A stretch of DNA of 64,000 nt from a virus (taxonomy: Duplodnaviria > Caudoviricetes), in IMG/VR virus record IMGVR_UViG_3300047571_000001, positions 1,314-65,313 of that record; one strand, given 5' to 3'. Numbering within the stretch: the first letter of the stretch is position 1; every line of letters begins with the position of its first letter. Made by a program: the position numbers and the translations under genes. The notes below the pieces were generated by a model. That model had not been told where the DNA came from, did no database searches, and saw only the letters and a list, made by a program, of their open reading frames with translations. Positions 26,405 to 36,124 of this stretch are shown piece by piece.

Positions 26405-27196
26405 TCAAGAGTTCGTTTTTGCTCTTAAGATGGCGCACTTCTTTAGTCTTTCCTCGCGCCAGGAAGGGTTTGCCCACTTCTCTCTCAGGGCTTCGCTTTG
26501 TGCACGCCGTCTTTCGTCGGATCGCGCCCAAGTCGCAATACCCGTAACTCGCTTTCTATCGCAAGCTGCTGGCGACGAATGTGCGGCGCGAAACTTTTCC
26601 GAGTTTCTCTGGCCCTGGCCGATAGCCTTGCCGTACTCAGCTGCTTTGGCTGATCGCCACCTCTGCTTCGATAAAACGGATAACCGATTGCGCGCCGCGC
26701 CGCTCCACCTGGCGGCTGTGAGCGATGCAATCTTCTCATCTCGGAAAACGGGATCATTGGCCCATTTGCGCCGAAGCGTTTGACGGATGCGCTCGCCCTT
26801 TTGCGGAGTAACTGACGCCGCCAAGGCGGCAATTCGCTCTTCCCTGAGCTTCGGATTAGCCCACATCCGTTTCATAAACGAGGAAGCCCCGCCAAGACCG
26901 CCCGGTAAAACATTGAAAAGGCTTCCCTTTGGCGCGGCCTCTATCATTTGCACCTCAAGGGCGAACGCCTCGGTCTCGGTCAATCCTTTCGCGGCAAAGC
27001 GATAAGCCACTTCTCTTCCATTGAGCAGGTCGGCGGCGAGCGTGTGGTGGAAGCGGCTTGCCTTGGGAGAGGCACCGTCTCGAGCAATGCGACGTATAAT
27101 ACTGATATGTGAGCAGGCACGATTACCCGAGCCTTTTCCAATATATCGCACGAGGCCGTCGACCAAAATCTCGTAGACGTAATATCGTTTGCTCAT
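26405..27196 (-). CDS. GIY-YIG homing endonuclease-like protein
   Basis: YYVY...RYIGKG..NR..H; NxxPGGxGG; basic W.x.P..R repeats; more AT-rich than neighbours. Confidence 0.8.
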   Translation of the reverse strand: MSKRYYVYEILVDGLVRYIGKGSGNRACSHISIIRRIARDGASPKASRFHHTLAADLLNGREVAYRFAAKGLTETEAFALEVQMIEAAPKGSLFNVLPGGLGGASSFMKRMWANPKLREERIAALAASVTPQKGERIRQTLRRKWANDPVFRDEKIASLTAARWSGAARNRLSVLSKQRWRSAKAAEYGKAIGQGQRNSEKFRAAHSSPAACDRKRVTGIATWARSDERRRAQSEALREKWANPSWREERLKKCAILRAKTNS

Positions 27197-27777
27197 GATG
27201 AACCCAGCCTACCACGCGAATATGCAGCTTGGAATCCCTCGCATCCCGCTTCTCGCATTCTCTCCGGCCGGCGCGCCGCCAGCGAGACCCAGCCGCCCTT
27301 GCGCTTCCACAGCGAATGAGCCGGCATCGAGTGCGTCACCACGGCGCCGGCGGCAACGACCGAGCTGGCTCCGATCGACACGCCCGGTAGGATGATCGCG
27401 CCGGCGCCGATCGATATGCCGTCGGCGATATCGACCGTCACCATCTTGCGCTCGATCAACGCCTCCGCATGGAAGCCGTCCTTGCCGACGCGCGGCCAGC
27501 GGTCGTTGCAGACGATCGCGCCGGGCCCGACGAAGACGTCATTGCCGAGCCTGGTGCCGGGATGCAGCTGGGCACCGTGACCGATCAGGCAGCGATCGCC
27601 GACCATGGCCGCGTCGACGATGGCGCAGCCGCCAATCGAGCAGTCGGCGCCGATCACGGCTCCTCGAATGACGCTGGCGAACTGCCAGACGGTCGAGCTC
27701 GCGCCGATTGTTGCGTTCTCGACCCACGCGCGCTCATGGGTGAAAGCGGAGGGATCGATTTCGCAATTGCCGGGCAT
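27193..27777 (-). CDS. Hexapeptide-repeat (LbH) sugar acyltransferase, WbpD/FdtC-like
   Basis: IG..S.VWQFA.V..GA.IG.DC.IG, VFVGPG...CND..P, SIGAGA.ILPGV.IG..SVVAAGAVVT. Confidence 0.88.
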   Translation of the reverse strand: MPGNCEIDPSAFTHERAWVENATIGASSTVWQFASVIRGAVIGADCSIGGCAIVDAAMVGDRCLIGHGAQLHPGTRLGNDVFVGPGAIVCNDRWPRVGKDGFHAEALIERKMVTVDIADGISIGAGAIILPGVSIGASSVVAAGAVVTHSMPAHSLWKRKGGWVSLAARRPERMREAGCEGFQAAYSRGRLGSS

Positions 27778-27801
27778 GGATGAGCTCCAGTCGGATGGCA
27801 G

Positions 27802-28143
27802 TCAGGAACCCTGCGGCTTTCCCTCGATGTCATCCTTCTGGGAAGGATGTTCGTTACCCAGCATCTCGGCGAAATCCTGCTTCATCTCCCGATGCTCATC
27901 TTCGACTTTCTTGATGACCATCGCGCCATGCTGGCGCACGTCATTGGCCATCTGCTCGACCTTGGCCTGCAGGCCGCCTCGGAATTCCTCCATAGCGTCG
28001 TGCACTGGCTTCATCAGATCCTTGACCGAGAGCATTGAAGCCTTGGCACTCGTGATCGGAGGCATGGTCGCTAACCCTTTGGCGGAAAGTTCGGCGATGG
28101 TTTGTCGGAGATGGCGATCGAGGCGATCGCCCTCCGGCGTCAC
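27802..28143 (-). CDS. Hypothetical helical protein
   Basis: GTGA overlap with upstream gene. Confidence 0.55.
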   Translation of the reverse strand: MTPEGDRLDRHLRQTIAELSAKGLATMPPITSAKASMLSVKDLMKPVHDAMEEFRGGLQAKVEQMANDVRQHGAMVIKKVEDEHREMKQDFAEMLGNEHPSQKDDIEGKPQGS

Positions 28144-28535
28144 GTAGGGTTGCGGCGCGCGATTTCCACGTTGATCGCAGCCAGCGCATCATCCTTGGTC
28201 TTGACCGGATCATCGCTGACCGACTGACCCAACTTGATCAGATCTCCGTCATTCAGCTTCGACAGATCGTCAGGAATCGCGATCTTGCCGCGCGCCTCGA
28301 TCTTGGCGGCAGCCCTGACGGCATCGATGTCGGCCTTCGCGCGCGCACGTTCTGCCGCTTCATCGAACTCGACCGCATGTCCGCGCTCGATATAGGCGCG
28401 CGCATAGGTCTCCTCGACCTTGCCCTTGAAGTCGACAACCTGGTCTTTCTCGTAGACCACGTCCTCGGGACGGGTCTGGCCGCGGATGATGTGCTGCTCG
28501 ACGAACTTGACCTTCATGACCGGCTCCGGTTTCAA
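28140..28535 (-). CDS. Head-region hypothetical protein with small helical C-terminal domain
   Basis: IPDDL..L....L..L...PVKTK.DA..AI..EIARR; start uncertain. Confidence 0.6.
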   Translation of the reverse strand: MKPEPVMKVKFVEQHIIRGQTRPEDVVYEKDQVVDFKGKVEETYARAYIERGHAVEFDEAAERARAKADIDAVRAAAKIEARGKIAIPDDLSKLNDGDLIKLGQSVSDDPVKTKDDALAAINVEIARRNPT

Positions 28536-28560
28536 AACTGCCCTTTACCCTAGACGCGCA

Positions 28561-28586
28561 AAAGCCCCGCACGCGGGCGGGGCTTT
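28561..28586 (-). terminator. Intrinsic terminator after capsid/decoration genes
   Basis: AAAGCCCCGC-6nt-GCGGGGCTTT, continues as TTTT on minus strand. Confidence 0.7.
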
Positions 28587-28611
28587 CGAGCTTGGCAGCG
28601 ATGCGCGACGA

Positions 28612-29154
28612 TCAGTCGACGATCATCGAATCCAGCGCATCCTTCGGATAGCGCGGTTCGTGGCCGAAGTAGAGGGCGCAGCCGAGCTGGGCATTGGTGC
28701 CGACGTCACTGCCGATCACCTGGATGCAGTCGAAGCCGCCGTTGACATCGAGATCCTCGGCCTTGATGTCGATCACGATGATCGCGGCCTGCTCGGCCAG
28801 ATCCGTATTCGTCCAGGTGCCGTTGGTGGTGTTGAAGGTGTCGTTGGTCGCCGGCGAACCGGAGGTCGACTTGGTGAATTGGTCGACCGCGAGCAGATTG
28901 GGCGCGGCCTGCTTCTTGCGGATTTCGGTGAAGCCCAGCGCCTTGGCGTTGGTGCCGGACACGTCCTGCGCCTGCTTCACGGTGATGGTCGGATCGTCGC
29001 CGGCGGTACCGACGGCCTTGAAGATCATGATCGCCATGCGACCATAGCCCTTCATGCTGACCCAGTCGCCGTTGTTGGCGGCGGTGTTCATCGCGACCGG
29101 CAGGAAGCCCTGCGCGATCTGGTTCTTTTCGCAAAAGTGCTGGTTGAAGTCCAT
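28612..29154 (-). CDS. Head decoration / cement protein
   Basis: Immediately after MCP; GDWVSMKGY...DLD.NGGFDCI pattern. Confidence 0.7.
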   Translation of the reverse strand: MDFNQHFCEKNQIAQGFLPVAMNTAANNGDWVSMKGYGRMAIMIFKAVGTAGDDPTITVKQAQDVSGTNAKALGFTEIRKKQAAPNLLAVDQFTKSTSGSPATNDTFNTTNGTWTNTDLAEQAAIIVIDIKAEDLDVNGGFDCIQVIGSDVGTNAQLGCALYFGHEPRYPKDALDSMIVD

Positions 29155-29247
29155 GTGGGGTGATCCCTTCGAGATGGCGCCAGCGCGGCGCGCGAGGAAA
29201 ACGGGGGGCAGAGAGCCTGCGCCGGTCAGGGCGCAGGCTCAGATGGA

Positions 29248-30696
29248 TCAGCGCGCCTGCAGCGCGACGGCCCAGGACAGCGTGTTGCTGCCGTTCTGCC
29301 GCGCGATCGGGGCCGACCAGGCCGGCTGACCGTTGACGCGGAAGATGAAGCGGAACGCGGTCAGCGCCTGGTCGAAGAAGAGGTGGATCGAGGTGTCGGT
29401 CTGGATCGCGCCACCCGCCTTGGTCAGCGCCCAGTACTGGCTGAGATCGCACAGGATGATGTCACCCAGGCTGCCGAGCGCCGCGCACGCCTCGATCGGC
29501 ACAACCGGGCGTCCCTTGAGGCGCCCATACGGCGCATCGTTGAGACCGCCGGGCGGCATGTAGGCCGGGGTGGACGAGGCCGCAGTCGGCGTGATGCCGT
29601 TCCCGACGAACGCCATGCCTTCGAGTTGCGGCTCGACGTCCTGGTTGACCAGCCAGATCGCGTTGCTGCGCCAGCCGGCATACATCCGGCCCCACATCTT
29701 GTTGATGTTGGCGAACCACACGGTGCCGGCCGGCTGCGAGGTCTCCTTCGAGACCTGGATGACGGACGCACCGACCGCGCTGTAGCCCGGAATCATGCCG
29801 AGCGGCTGGCCGGCGCCGGTGCCTGCGATGATAGCGGTGTTGATCTTCGAGGTCATCTTCTGCGGCGCCTTGGCATTGAGCCAGGACTCCAGGCCCGCGG
29901 CATCCTGCATCATCTCCTCGCTGATCGGCACCAGGGCCGACAGCTTGGACAGACGCAGCTGGCCCATTTCGTAGAGCCCCTTGGACTGCGGGATCTGCTG
30001 GCCTTCGCCTTCCCAGTACACCTGCACGCCCTTGGTGGTGTCCCAGGGAGTGACCTCGTCCTTCGGAATGGTGAGGCTGTTGCCGTCGGTCGTGAGCGGC
30101 GTGCAGCGCGACAGCAGGCTCTCGATGCCGTTCACCTTGGTCCAGATATTGGCGGAGAACGAGGGCGGGATCAGGAAACCGCCGTCGGCGCCGATGCCCT
30201 CGTTGCCGAAGGTCGTGGCGGCATTGCGCAAGCGGGTGACGCCGTCCGTCACGTTGCCGCGGTAGTGGTTCTGCACGTCGCGCGCGAACTCGCCGAACGA
30301 GCGGAAGCCCATGCGCTGGGCGTCCTGACGCGGTTCGGCCGGCACGGTGCGACGCTGACCGCCGCCGGCGGGCTCGCCGCGCGCTTCCGGCGCAGTGCGG
30401 CGGCCCTGGCCGGTCGGCTGGAGCAGCTTCAGCGCCTTGATCTTCTTGGTGAGCTTCTCGAGCTCGCCGGCGCTCTCCTCGATCTCGGCGGTCTCCTCGT
30501 CGGTGAGATCCTCGCCGGCCTCGGCGCGAACGCGGAATGCATCGAGCGAAGCGTTGATCTCGACGACGCGCGTCTCGAGGTCGGCAAGCACCGGCGCGTC
30601 CATCCGGATATGAAACGCACCGAATGAGACGGCACCGAACGCAGCGAGAGCGGCGAGACGCGAGTAATCGCCCAGAAGGGCGCTCTTCATGGTCAT
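29248..30696 (-). CDS. Major capsid protein, HK97 fold (482 aa)
   Basis: N-terminal coiled delta domain, GADGGFLIPP, VYWEGEG, KL.ALVPISEE, TAFRFIFRVNGQP. Confidence 0.95.
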   Translation of the reverse strand: MTMKSALLGDYSRLAALAAFGAVSFGAFHIRMDAPVLADLETRVVEINASLDAFRVRAEAGEDLTDEETAEIEESAGELEKLTKKIKALKLLQPTGQGRRTAPEARGEPAGGGQRRTVPAEPRQDAQRMGFRSFGEFARDVQNHYRGNVTDGVTRLRNAATTFGNEGIGADGGFLIPPSFSANIWTKVNGIESLLSRCTPLTTDGNSLTIPKDEVTPWDTTKGVQVYWEGEGQQIPQSKGLYEMGQLRLSKLSALVPISEEMMQDAAGLESWLNAKAPQKMTSKINTAIIAGTGAGQPLGMIPGYSAVGASVIQVSKETSQPAGTVWFANINKMWGRMYAGWRSNAIWLVNQDVEPQLEGMAFVGNGITPTAASSTPAYMPPGGLNDAPYGRLKGRPVVPIEACAALGSLGDIILCDLSQYWALTKAGGAIQTDTSIHLFFDQALTAFRFIFRVNGQPAWSAPIARQNGSNTLSWAVALQAR

Positions 30697-30820
30697 AGAA
30701 TTCTGTCCTTCTATGGGCTGTCTCGTCTCACGACGGGACCTGTGAATGCGGCCGATCTCACATCGGTCGCGATTGACGCGGCGCATCACTGCGGCGCGTA
30801 TCCGTCTGCAGACGGAATCT

Positions 30821-30999
30821 CTATGCAACGACCAATTCGTTGACGTGACAGATGCGAGGGCCGGCATCGGGAGTATCCCAAGCGACCCATGCCCAGCCGC
30901 GTTCATCGATCTTCGTCACCTCGCCGCGCGGCATCCCTTGCCGCGAAGAGAAACAGTCTCCCCGCTTTGCTTCGGAGAATCCTTCGGCGTCTTGGCCAT
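30821..30999 (-). pseudogene. Small SH3/KOW-like gene apparently broken by a 1-nt deletion
   Basis: TGATG-coupled start MAKTPK...VSLRGKG joins the -1 frame MPRGEVTKIDERGWAWVAWD...NELVVA; span is 179 nt. Confidence 0.5.
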
Positions 31000-31736
31000 C
31001 AGGCTTTGAGCGCGGCAACGCGCGCGAAAGCGGCGGCGGCGCGGCGATTGTTCGGCTTCAGCACTGACGGGACCTTCCTGAATGTCTCCAGCGCCTTCGG
31101 ATTGCTGACGCTGGCCGCGACCTTCAGGTTCTCGACCATGCGATCGGCAAAGCCGTTCTGCACGGCCTCGGCGCCGGTCATCCAGGTCTCGTCGTCCATC
31201 CATTGCACGATCTGCTTGCGATCGGCCTTGGTGCGGCCGGCATAGACGTCGATGATGGTGTTGTTAACGGTGTCGAGCATATCTGCCGCTTGTCGCATCG
31301 CGCGCGCATCGCCCATCGCGAACATGTACGCATTATGCACCATGAAAAATGCGCCTTCCGCGATCTCGATTTCGTCGCCGACCATCGCGAGAAACGACGC
31401 TGCAGATGCAGCGAGGCCATCGACGTGAACAATGATCTTCGCCGAGTGCTCGTTGAAGAGCGAATACATCGCCTTCCCTTCGAACACCGATCCACCTTCG
31501 GAGTTGATGCGAAGGTTGATCGTCTTGACCTTGCCGAGCGCCTTGAGGTCATCCGCAACCTGCTTGGCCGAGACACCGTCACCGAACCAATCGGTTCCGA
31601 TCACACCGTAGACGTAGATGTCGGCGCTATCGCTCGCCTTGTTGGCCACGACGCGATAGCCGCTCGGCTTGGCGCCGGCGTTTGGCTTGGCCTTAATCGG
31701 CACGACGGCATTGAAAATCGGAAAATGCTTGCTCAT
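30999..31736 (-). CDS. ClpP-like head maturation protease
   Basis: LRINSEGGSVFEG, VDGLAASAASF, FMVHN, ETWM...EAV..GFAD. Confidence 0.93.
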   Translation of the reverse strand: MSKHFPIFNAVVPIKAKPNAGAKPSGYRVVANKASDSADIYVYGVIGTDWFGDGVSAKQVADDLKALGKVKTINLRINSEGGSVFEGKAMYSLFNEHSAKIIVHVDGLAASAASFLAMVGDEIEIAEGAFFMVHNAYMFAMGDARAMRQAADMLDTVNNTIIDVYAGRTKADRKQIVQWMDDETWMTGAEAVQNGFADRMVENLKVAASVSNPKALETFRKVPSVLKPNNRRAAAAFARVAALKA

Positions 31737-31744
31737 GTCCAACC

Positions 31745-32713
31745 TCAATTCGGAACGAGAACCTGGAAGGTCTCGCCATTGATGGTGATCTCGCGGACCA
31801 TGAGGCGATCCAGATCCTTCGAGGTGATGCCGGCCCGGAAGATTTCGCCGACCTCGATGCTAACGCCGGCCTCGCCGCGCGGGCCAACGGGCCCGACCTC
31901 GCCGCGGGGCCCTTGCTTGCCCATCGGACCCTCGGCTCCACGTTCGCCACGCGGGCCCGGCTCGCCGCGTTCACCGCGTAGCCCCTGAGGACCCGCCTCG
32001 CCTTGCGGGCCCATCGGGCCGCCTTCCCCGCGCGGGCCCGGCTCACCGGTTTCGCCGCGGGGACCGGATTCACCTTGCGGGCCGACTGCTCCAGCCTCGC
32101 CCTGAAGACCGCGCTCGCCCTGAACGCCGGGCAAACCGTCGCGACCATCGCGGCCGACTGGGCCTTCCAGACCCAGTTCGCCGCGCGGGCCGGTTTCTCC
32201 CACCGGACCGCGTTCGCCGGGCGGCCCGATCTCGCCGCGCGGGCCGATCTCCCCGCGCTCGCCCTGAGGCCCTGCCTGACCTTGCGGACCGGTCTCGCCG
32301 CGTTCGCCGGCGGGACCCGGATCACCCTGCGGTCCGGCCTCCCCGCGATCGCCGCGCTCACCCTGCGGACCAGCCTCGCCGCGTTCGCCAGCAGGACCCT
32401 GGTCACCTTGCGGACCAGGCTCACCGCGCTCGCCGGCCTGGCCGGGTTCACCGGCTGGACCGGCTTCACCACGAGGACCCTGCTCACCGCGCTCGCCGAT
32501 CGGCCCGATCTCGCCGCGCGGTCCCGCTTCGCCCGCGGCGCCGCGTTCGCCCTGGATACCATCGCGACCATCGCGACCGAGCGGCTTCTGCTCAAGCGCG
32601 CTGACGCGGCCAACGAGCCGCTCGACCAGCGCGACGGTGCGCTCAAGCAGCGACACCGGCTTTTCCGGCGGCGAAGTTTCGCCGCGTGCGAGCATGACGG
32701 GAGCCTTAGACAT
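31745..32713 (-). CDS. Collagen-like protein (~79 uninterrupted Gly-X-Y triplets)
   Basis: Residues ~46-283 continuous G-X-Y, flanked by short coiled N-terminus and globular C-terminus. Confidence 0.9.
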   Translation of the reverse strand: MSKAPVMLARGETSPPEKPVSLLERTVALVERLVGRVSALEQKPLGRDGRDGIQGERGAAGEAGPRGEIGPIGERGEQGPRGEAGPAGEPGQAGERGEPGPQGDQGPAGERGEAGPQGERGDRGEAGPQGDPGPAGERGETGPQGQAGPQGERGEIGPRGEIGPPGERGPVGETGPRGELGLEGPVGRDGRDGLPGVQGERGLQGEAGAVGPQGESGPRGETGEPGPRGEGGPMGPQGEAGPQGLRGERGEPGPRGERGAEGPMGKQGPRGEVGPVGPRGEAGVSIEVGEIFRAGITSKDLDRLMVREITINGETFQVLVPN

Positions 32714-34091
32714 GCGAAGGTTCGCCCATCAGCTGCTCGATCGCGTAAAGCCTTCGAGCAATCCGCGCTTGCGTGGCTTCGTCCTCGCCGACTTCTGGCG
32801 GCGTGACCGGCTCAGTATCATCAGGCTCCGCCGGCGCCGCCGCGGCGCCAGGCGTCGCTGGTGCGGCCGTGCCCTCGGCGATCTGCTTCAGCGTGACGTT
32901 CTGGCCCTGCATGGTGTGGATGTCGCCCTCGGGCCCGAGCGTGTTTTCGTCCTCGAGCTCCAGGATGCGGTTCGGCGAATAGGCGCCGACCGACGACATG
33001 CCCTTGTAGTAGGCGATGCGTGCGGCCATGTCGCCGCGCATCAAGCCTCGCATATCGATCTTGGTGTAGAGCTTCTGGCGGTTCTGCCCGAACAGCTTGA
33101 ATTCCGCCTCGTCCTCGAAACGCTTAACCCAAGGCGAGATGCTGTCGACGACGACCTCGATGCCCTGAGACTCGATGTTCGTGAACGTCGCGCGCAGGAG
33201 GTGCATGACCTTGTGCGGCGGCGCTCCGGTCCAGCGGCACTGCTCCTCGATCAGGAACTGGTGAACCTCGATCAGCTGCGAATTCTGGGCGTTGAATCCG
33301 ATCGGCTTCCAGTCCGCGTCGTTGTCCAGGAACGCCGTGCGGTTGGCGTTGTTCGGCCCCTTGTAGAGCTGGTCGAACTCCGCCTTCTGCCGTTTCAACC
33401 CATCCGGCTTCAATGGCTTCTTGTTGACGACGACGCCGGCGGGATTCATACCGTTGCCGAAGAAGGCCGCGCCGAACAACTGCGCCGCGCGCGCCCAGCC
33501 GAGCGATTGGGCTGCATAGGCGATCACGTTGACGCCGACCGGCCCTTCGCCGAACCCGCGAATATGGAACATGTTCTTCGCGGCAAGGATCGTCGGCGGC
33601 CCGATCGTTGTGCCGCGCTGATCGACTTCGTAGAAGAGGTCACCGGGATTGATCGGATCGCCATAAGCGTCGTTCTCGTAGTCGGTCGCGCGGCAGACGC
33701 GCACGCGCTCCGGATGGATCGGCCACATCGCGAAGGGGCGACCGAGCTGGTCCTGCTCGATCTCGGCGTAGCCGTTGCCCCAGCGCAGCGCCCAGTGCGT
33801 CAGCGTCTCGCGAAACTGGAACGACGACCATTCCTTGCTGGGACGCTTCCAGAGCAGATAGTCCACGCCATGCGACGACTGGATCTCGGGACCGCTCTTG
33901 CCGTCCTTCTTGACGTGCCAGGGCAGGACGGCAACGGTCTGCGACAGATAGCGGAACGCCGCCCAAACCGCGGACAACATCATCGCCGAATCCGGCGTGA
34001 TCGCGACGCCGGCGAGCGTGCGACCCGGATTCGAGACCCGTGCTGCGCCTGGATAGCGCAGGTCAGAGGTCATGCGCGCGAGAATACCCAT
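32706..34091 (-). CDS. Portal protein, HK97 family
   Basis: AVWA...LSQTVA.LP, LRWGNGYA, MWPIHPERV, FTNIESQ, D.RGLMRGD. Confidence 0.95.
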   Translation of the reverse strand: MGILARMTSDLRYPGAARVSNPGRTLAGVAITPDSAMMLSAVWAAFRYLSQTVAVLPWHVKKDGKSGPEIQSSHGVDYLLWKRPSKEWSSFQFRETLTHWALRWGNGYAEIEQDQLGRPFAMWPIHPERVRVCRATDYENDAYGDPINPGDLFYEVDQRGTTIGPPTILAAKNMFHIRGFGEGPVGVNVIAYAAQSLGWARAAQLFGAAFFGNGMNPAGVVVNKKPLKPDGLKRQKAEFDQLYKGPNNANRTAFLDNDADWKPIGFNAQNSQLIEVHQFLIEEQCRWTGAPPHKVMHLLRATFTNIESQGIEVVVDSISPWVKRFEDEAEFKLFGQNRQKLYTKIDMRGLMRGDMAARIAYYKGMSSVGAYSPNRILELEDENTLGPEGDIHTMQGQNVTLKQIAEGTAAPATPGAAAAPAEPDDTEPVTPPEVGEDEATQARIARRLYAIEQLMGEPSHV

Positions 34092-34092
34092 G

Positions 34093-34296
34093 TCAGCCCT
34101 CCCCCGCGTTGCCGTTGATGCGGGCGGCGAAGATCGCCACTGCCGAAACAATCGCGCCCGGCACGATCAGCGCCGCCGGCGGCCAGACCTGCCAGAGACC
34201 GACAGACAGCAGCACCAGCCCTGCGGCGAGCATTCCGTCGCGAATATCGAACGTCCGTCCGATCCATCGAGCGATCGCGAGCAGCGCCTTACGCAT
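34093..34296 (-). CDS. Small membrane protein between terL and portal (67 aa)
   Basis: Two TM segments, WPPAALIVPG; typical position. Confidence 0.7.
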   Translation of the reverse strand: MRKALLAIARWIGRTFDIRDGMLAAGLVLLSVGLWQVWPPAALIVPGAIVSAVAIFAARINGNAGEG

Positions 34297-36124
34297 AGAG
34301 ATCGTCTCGATCATTGGCCGCCAGGCGCGCATTGAATCGCTCGCGCATCTCTTCGAAGCGCGGATGCTGCGGATCGCGGAGGATCGCCGCCTCTTCGGCA
34401 AGCGATTCCCCGGATTCGACGTCCGATTGCACCTCTTCGCCGTCGCCCATCGCGTCAAAAACCGATACGCCCTTTGCTTCTGGGTTGCGCGACATCATCC
34501 AGACCCCATTCATCAGCGCCGCCCAGGGATCAATCTTGGCGTCGCCGGCGTTCTGCTTCGTCGCGCGAATTGCGGTCGCGAGCGGTTCGATCTTCACGTT
34601 GCCAACGCACCAGTCCATCAGCGCGGACTTGGCATGGCGAAGCGTGCCGTTCTGCAGCTTGCGCTCCGCAGTCTTGATGGCATTCATCATGCCGAAACCC
34701 TGGGGCGCACCGATCAGGAGCTCGTTCTCGACGGTGACATCGACGTCGGAGTCAGCGAGCGCTTCAACCATCTCGCCGAGACCTGCGGGGTCGACAGCGA
34801 CCGCGCCGAGCAACCCGCGATCCTTGATGGTTTTGATGACATCTACAATCGCGACGATGTCATCGCCGGCCGTGTCGTAGATCGTCAGCTCACCGGCGGC
34901 CTTGAAGTCCTGCAACCGCGCCGCAATCGTCTTGCGCCGATCGAGCACGATTTCATGGCACCATGCATGGGACCATGATAGCCAGTCGCGCGAACCAATC
35001 TCGCGGCCAAGCACGTTGAGGCCGAATAGGTCGTCGAGGCCACCGCCATCGAGCGAGACGATCACAACCTCGCAATTATCGAGGATGTAGTCGAGCGTGA
35101 TCTGCTCGTCTTCGCCCTGAGCCCAGTAGGCCGCGCCGGCCCATCCATCGGTCGACATGCCGACACCCATCTCGATGTTGAGATGCTGGCTTGCCCAGAT
35201 ACGGATAGCCTGGTCGTTCTTCGAACGCTCCGTTTCCCAATCGGCGATCAGGCTGTTGAGATGGACCGACCTTCCGAGGTTCGGCATCACCATCGGCCAG
35301 TTCGCCGGATCCTGCCACTTCGCCTTGTCCTTGGCGATGTCGGCCGGGTACTCATACATGATCGGCAGCAGAGCGCGGTGAACTTTGCCGCGGAAGTCGC
35401 CGTTCCTGATCTTGCGCGCGTTGATCAGCTCGTCCTTGAACGCACCGGCCGGAATATCGTCCGGCATTGTGGTCGGCATCAGCAGCAGACCTTCCGGCGT
35501 CTTCTCCAGGCCGCCGCGGATCTGCCGGAGCACCTTCGCCGCATGTGGATTGCGGCCGAGTAGATGGAGCTCTTCCAGGACCGCGAAGATCAGGATCGTT
35601 CCCGTCAGGATGTTGACGTCGAACGTCTTGATCTTCAGCTCGGTATGGGTGACGAGGTCCTCGATCGTCTTGACATGATCGCGCGTCCGGAAACGTCGCT
35701 TCAGATCGGTCGACGCCTCGATCATGCCGACGGCCTTGTCGTAGGCGTTTTCGGCGATCGCTTGTGTCGGGCCGATAAAGAGGCCCTCCGCGCGAGGGCG
35801 CTTGTTCATCAGCAGCAGCGCAATCAAGAGCCCTGCGATATAGGTCGTCTTGGACTGCCCTTTCGGCAGCAGCATCAGGATGTCGCGGATGAGCCGTTGC
35901 GCCTCATCCGGAAACCACGAACCAAAGGCGACGCGGACAATCTCGCGAAACCACGGGCCGCATGCGTCTTTCATGCGGGGCAGTCCAGGCACGTCCGGCA
36001 GCCGCAGCTCGTCGAAGATCGCGAGGCCCATGTCGGCTTCAGCTTCGTTCAACGGCAGGTCCGGGATCAGCGACCTACCCTCGCGGAGGCGATCGCCCCA
36101 GTCCTCGCAACTCAGATCCCACAT
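34289..36124 (-). CDS. terL: Terminase large subunit
   Basis: PKGQSKTT Walker A, LEELH Walker B, SLDGGGLDD and KIDP nuclease motifs. Confidence 0.95.
   Translation of the reverse strand: MWDLSCEDWGDRLREGRSLIPDLPLNEAEADMGLAIFDELRLPDVPGLPRMKDACGPWFREIVRVAFGSWFPDEAQRLIRDILMLLPKGQSKTTYIAGLLIALLLMNKRPRAEGLFIGPTQAIAENAYDKAVGMIEASTDLKRRFRTRDHVKTIEDLVTHTELKIKTFDVNILTGTILIFAVLEELHLLGRNPHAAKVLRQIRGGLEKTPEGLLLMPTTMPDDIPAGAFKDELINARKIRNGDFRGKVHRALLPIMYEYPADIAKDKAKWQDPANWPMVMPNLGRSVHLNSLIADWETERSKNDQAIRIWASQHLNIEMGVGMSTDGWAGAAYWAQGEDEQITLDYILDNCEVVIVSLDGGGLDDLFGLNVLGREIGSRDWLSWSHAWCHEIVLDRRKTIAARLQDFKAAGELTIYDTAGDDIVAIVDVIKTIKDRGLLGAVAVDPAGLGEMVEALADSDVDVTVENELLIGAPQGFGMMNAIKTAERKLQNGTLRHAKSALMDWCVGNVKIEPLATAIRATKQNAGDAKIDPWAALMNGVWMMSRNPEAKGVSVFDAMGDGEEVQSDVESGESLAEEAAILRDPQHPRFEEMRERFNARLAANDRDDLYA

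Noticed and set aside
31745-32713. CRISPR-like or DNA-level repeat array
   Set aside because: Repeats are 9-nt codon periodicity of collagen with no spacers; no cas genes in the window.
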